A stretch of DNA of 64,000 nucleotides, taken from NCBI GenBank assembly GCA_048213135.1, contig PS015039.1, positions 39,663 through 103,662 of the forward strand. The letters are read 5' to 3'. A model generated the notes under the pieces. It saw only the letters and a list, made by a program, of their open reading frames with translations. It had not been told where the DNA came from and did no database searches. The position numbers were made by a program, and so were the translations under genes. Origin of the DNA: Reclinomonas americana ATCC 50394 (taxonomy: Eukaryota). Below, one piece after another: positions 57,055 to 64,000 of this stretch; position 1 is the first letter of the stretch, and the number at the start of each line of letters is the position of its first letter.

Positions 57055-57136
57055 ATGAATGAATCGGTGGCCGTCGACATGAGATTGACCTTGTGTACAC
57101 TCTGAAAAATCGCACAAAACGACAAGCCAGTGTCCA

Positions 57137-59988
<2,852 letters not shown>

Positions 59989-60594
59989 AGTTGAAGATCA
60001 CAACACTGTGATGCTGATGCTGAGAGATAAGAATGCGTCAACGATCGCGAGCACGGACAATGACAATTGAACTGTCCACTCGCAAACATATCGATCGCTG
60101 CATCATCCGTAACACCAGCAGGCCACAAGTGGTTTACTCGGAGAAGCATTTCACTCCAGAACTCGTGATCGTCAGTTCGAACAGTCTATTTTGCGCTGCG
60201 CATGCGATCGCTGCGATCCGGATCCTCGCACTGGCTTCCGTACGCGTGTCCAACAGTGCACGCCAGTGCACGTGGAGCACCGAGCACACCAGTGCACGTG
60301 GAGCACCGATCGCGATCAAGTTGAAAAAAGAATATTGCAATAATGTAATTGGTGATATCGCAACAGCCGCACCAATTGCAATCATACAACCACGGCACCC
60401 ATGTGCTGGCTTCCGTCTCACAGCAAGCGATATCGCACAGTGAGGGGTGCAGCGTTCCATCATCAGTACGTCGAACTCGATCTGTAACCCATCAAATGTG
60501 AAACAGCAAAACGGTGCTGCAATGTGACCCCATTTGGTAATATCACCTGAATTCTAACCGTCAGAGTTTTCTAATTTTTCACGTGTGCGGCGAG

Positions 60595-63500
60595 ATGGAG
60601 CAGGCGCTCCCTCGAACCAGAACAGGTGCGTTGGGCTTGCCTACCAGTGTGTGCATGTGTGGGTGTGTGCATGAGAGAGAGAGGGAGAGAGTCCACCAAG
60701 AGTCTGCAAGACAATTGAATGCTGTGTGGGTGGTGTTTGACTGATGTAAACAGTGCGTTTCCTCTCACACTACCACTCACCCACTCACTCCCCTCAACAC
60801 AGGCATTGCTTCCCACGCCATTGGCGGTGGTGGAGGTGTGCTCGACTGCGAATCACGCGCCACCGCAACAACCAATGCCGGCGCCGCCGGGTACGATGAG
60901 GATCCTGCGACAGCGCAGATCACCCTTCCACGACTGCGACACGCATTCGCCTATGTGATCTGGTCACAGACACTGTTGCGTTACACCAGCTATCATCCTC
61001 TCCATTTCTCCTTGCTGTGCTTGCCCACAACATCCTGTATCACCACTCGCTGCGCAGTGTGTGTCACGCACTCCGACCACAGTGGCTGATGGCTTGCAGC
61101 GCGGCCACGCACTTGTTTGCTTCGTTCCTGCTCACTTCGTGGTGGCTGATGCCGTACTTTGACTTGACGGTGGAGAACTTTGCTGGCCACGGCTTGAAGT
61201 ATCTGTGTCTCGCGCTCAGTATTGGCGTTCTGGTGACCGGTTGTGCGAGCGTTGTCCTCACGGTGGCGGCGGTGCGCCGAGCCTCACAAGTTCGCCAGCT
61301 GCGCAACAATCTGGCCATACGACTGCTGGCAGGCGGACTGCCGCTGGTCTTTGCCGTGTGGCCGTTCATACTCACGCTGTTGCTGGCAGTGGCCTACAAT
61401 GCCCTGCACAGTGAGCACGTGGTGTGGCAGGCGAGCTTGGGTGTTTTGGTGTGCGGCTCAGTGCCGCTCGCATTGTACGCCACGCCCGTGTACGCCCTGT
61501 TCATGCAGCGGCGAACTGTGTTGCTGTCTGGGTTCTTCAACGTGCCGACCGAGAGTCGAGTGCTGTTGGTGCTCCTCATCACCGAGCTTATCTCCACCTG
61601 CTGCATGCTGCAGCTGCTGCAGGGTACAGCGGGTACTGCGGCGGTGAGTGTCACGCAGGCAACCATCACTCGCAAGCTGTACCACTCACACGCGGACAAC
61701 ACACAGAGTATTGTCCTCATCGTCGCTGGCCTGTTCGGAACGCTACGTTGGTACGTTCTCAGTTCCTCTCTCTCATGATAGCACAACAATATTACTGACC
61801 AGGCACAACTGTGCGCTTGCCCTTGCACAGTTTCCGAGTGCTGCCATTCGCTCACACTGCCGCCAACATGCTAGTCACGGCGGTGTTTGCCAATATGTTC
61901 CTGTCGGGCATCGCACTGTCGACATGGAAGCCGTGGGCACAGGCCGCCAGCATCGTGCTTTCACTCATCGTTGCGTTAGCGTCGCCCACGATATTGTGCC
62001 TTTATTTCCGCTCCACTCACAAGCCCACTATATGCGCTGCATGCAGGTGGGTCCCGTTTTGGTCAAGATCCGTGAGCGTGTGATCTTGTCGCAACTGGCG
62101 TTGAGTGCCATGGGCACGTACGTCCCGGTTCGTGACGACAGCACGCGTACGCACTGCGCTGCGTGTATCGGTGAATCACGCTCATGGCCCGTGCGCACAC
62201 AGACTGTTCGCTCTGCTCGCCCGTTGCAGCTGGATGCAGAGTCGCAACACCACTACTCAGCAAAAGAAACCGGTCCCATGGCGGAGCAATACAATAATGC
62301 CTTTTGTCAGCTCTTTGTGGAGGATTCACGCTCGGAGGAGGAGCTGGGCTTGCGCCTCCGCTTCTCACTGGCAGACATGGACATGGCCATGGTGAAATGC
62401 ATCTTTCACCACGCACTGCTGCAGTACCCAGAGTCGGCGTCCCTGCGCCTGCTGCAAGTGCAATACTTGGACGAAGTCGTGGATCGCCGACAGCAACATG
62501 TGTTGGACGCACAGCTGGCATCCGTTGCGTACCACGCGCACACAACACAGGCACTCACAGGTGCAGAACGGCGTCGACTCACCTGCTTCCACAGTTGCTG
62601 CGCGATGCACCGCCGACCAATGCCGTCGATTTCCGTTTCTTCATCCTGTCGTACCGACTGCGCAGTCTCGAGGCCGCAGCTGCCGACAATTCGCTGGAGT
62701 TTTCCGTTGGCCAGCGACTCAGCCTCGCCAACCAGCTGCATGTACAGCTGTTGCACCTGATGGTCGAGTGCTGGTCTCTCAGCGCGGACGAATCAGGCAC
62801 GGCAGACAAGAAGCGACTTGACGATGTGGTCGAGGACATTGGTGAGTTTGTGCACTTGTACGTCGCGCATGCACTCTCCATGACACTTGCCGCCGTCGAC
62901 ACAGCTACGAACTCGACGCGTCTGAGCCGCATGTTCCGCTCCCTGCTGCGTGATGCTCCACACTCGTCACTGGTACTGCGGTCGTATTCCAAGTACCTGG
63001 ATGACATTGAACACGAGTTGCGTGTCTGCACACACCATACTACAACTGCAGCGACTGTGGTGTCTGACGCACAGGTGCACGCAGTGTGTACGCCTCACGC
63101 GCAGTGGCGCAGTACGCCGACTACATGGACGAAAACGTCGTCGAAGTAAGACGGCAGCGACGCTCACGCGCTCGGCGTGCAAGTCGGCACGATGCATCTG
63201 TGCTCACTCGCGAGTTACGCAATCCCACGTGATGAGAGCAGACGCCTTGAATGTGGTATTCATCCGCACCGTAATCAGTTGTTCTGGTACGACGCGTGAG
63301 CGGCGGAGCTCGACTCGCACGCTGAACAGCTCGCTGCCGAACTTGCAGTCCACTCCTCAGTCTTCGCCGATCAACCAAGCTGCCGTCGACGCCGACGACA
63401 ACAAGTCGCACCACCACGAGAGCAGCCCCGGTGACACAAAAGTCGCATTGTCACCTTCGGTCGCAGCCAATGGAGATAGTGACGACGACGATTGCACTGT

Positions 63501-64000
63501 GCAGCCAGCACGCGTACTTCCACCTGTGCGCACTCGCCGAGGACGGCCGGAGGCCACCCTGTGGGTTCCACCGCTGACTGTGACCACGCCCACTGTTCAG
63601 TCGCCACCACAAGCTGCTGCTTGCATCGAAGGTGTGACTGGTGTCGGCCGTGGTGCTGGCATCAGTGGCGAATGCGACGACGACGACGACGACAAGTGGC
63701 TCGCACAACACTTGCACCGACTGCCCGAGGTCCTTCTGGAGGCAAGCAGGGGTCACAATGTTGACGATAGTGACGATGACGACGAGGACGAAGACGAAGG
63801 TGGAGACGACGACAACCTGACTGCACTGGCCGGCCGCAAACAGAGCCTAGTGCCAGTCGGTGCATCGACACCGCTTCTGGCGGCACCTGGCGGGGTGCTC
63901 AGCCCAATTGCCACCATGGCCACTGCCGATGCCACTATCACTGTCACCACCACCACCACCACCGCCACCACAACCACCACCGCAGCAGCAAGCAGCAGCC
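60595..64000 (+). CDS. TmcB/TmcC-like multi-pass membrane protein, runs off the window
   Basis: Several transmembrane segments (61070-62000), then IFHHALLQYPESASLRLLQVQYL, DFRFFILSYR and MFRSLLRDAPHSSLVLRSYSKYLDDIEH, which resemble the helical/TPR region of TmcB-family proteins. Confidence 0.6.

Overview
Eukaryotic (protist-like; taxon not identifiable from the sequence) draft-assembly DNA. It is gene-dense, rich in short GT-AG introns (mostly about 55-80 nt) and AG/CT/CA microsatellites, and has many N gaps. Gene models were spliced by hand. Left to right: the 3' end of an EF-hand-like gene; a three-copy tandem family of an unknown gene; a ubiquitin-like-domain gene; an NLR-like NACHT-pentapeptide-14xWD40 gene; actin and WD40 relics; a MACPF + jacalin-like gene; a GT61 glycosyltransferase; lipoate-protein ligase A; an ankyrin gene; an S28 serine peptidase; an RRM gene; a large coiled-coil gene; a GH38 alpha-mannosidase; an unknown low-complexity gene; a C2orf81-like gene; and a TmcB-like membrane gene. 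Three things stand out. (1) The NLR has no recognisable N-terminal effector domain. Instead it carries a ubiquitin-tail-like RLVLRGG fused directly to a GCGAS myristoylation/palmitoylation motif. (2) It lies in an apparent defence cluster with a perforin-lectin gene. (3) Many introns across the window use a shifted donor GTT(G/T)(C/A)G, the usual GTGMGT with one extra T. No rRNA, tRNA, CRISPR array or intact transposon was found.
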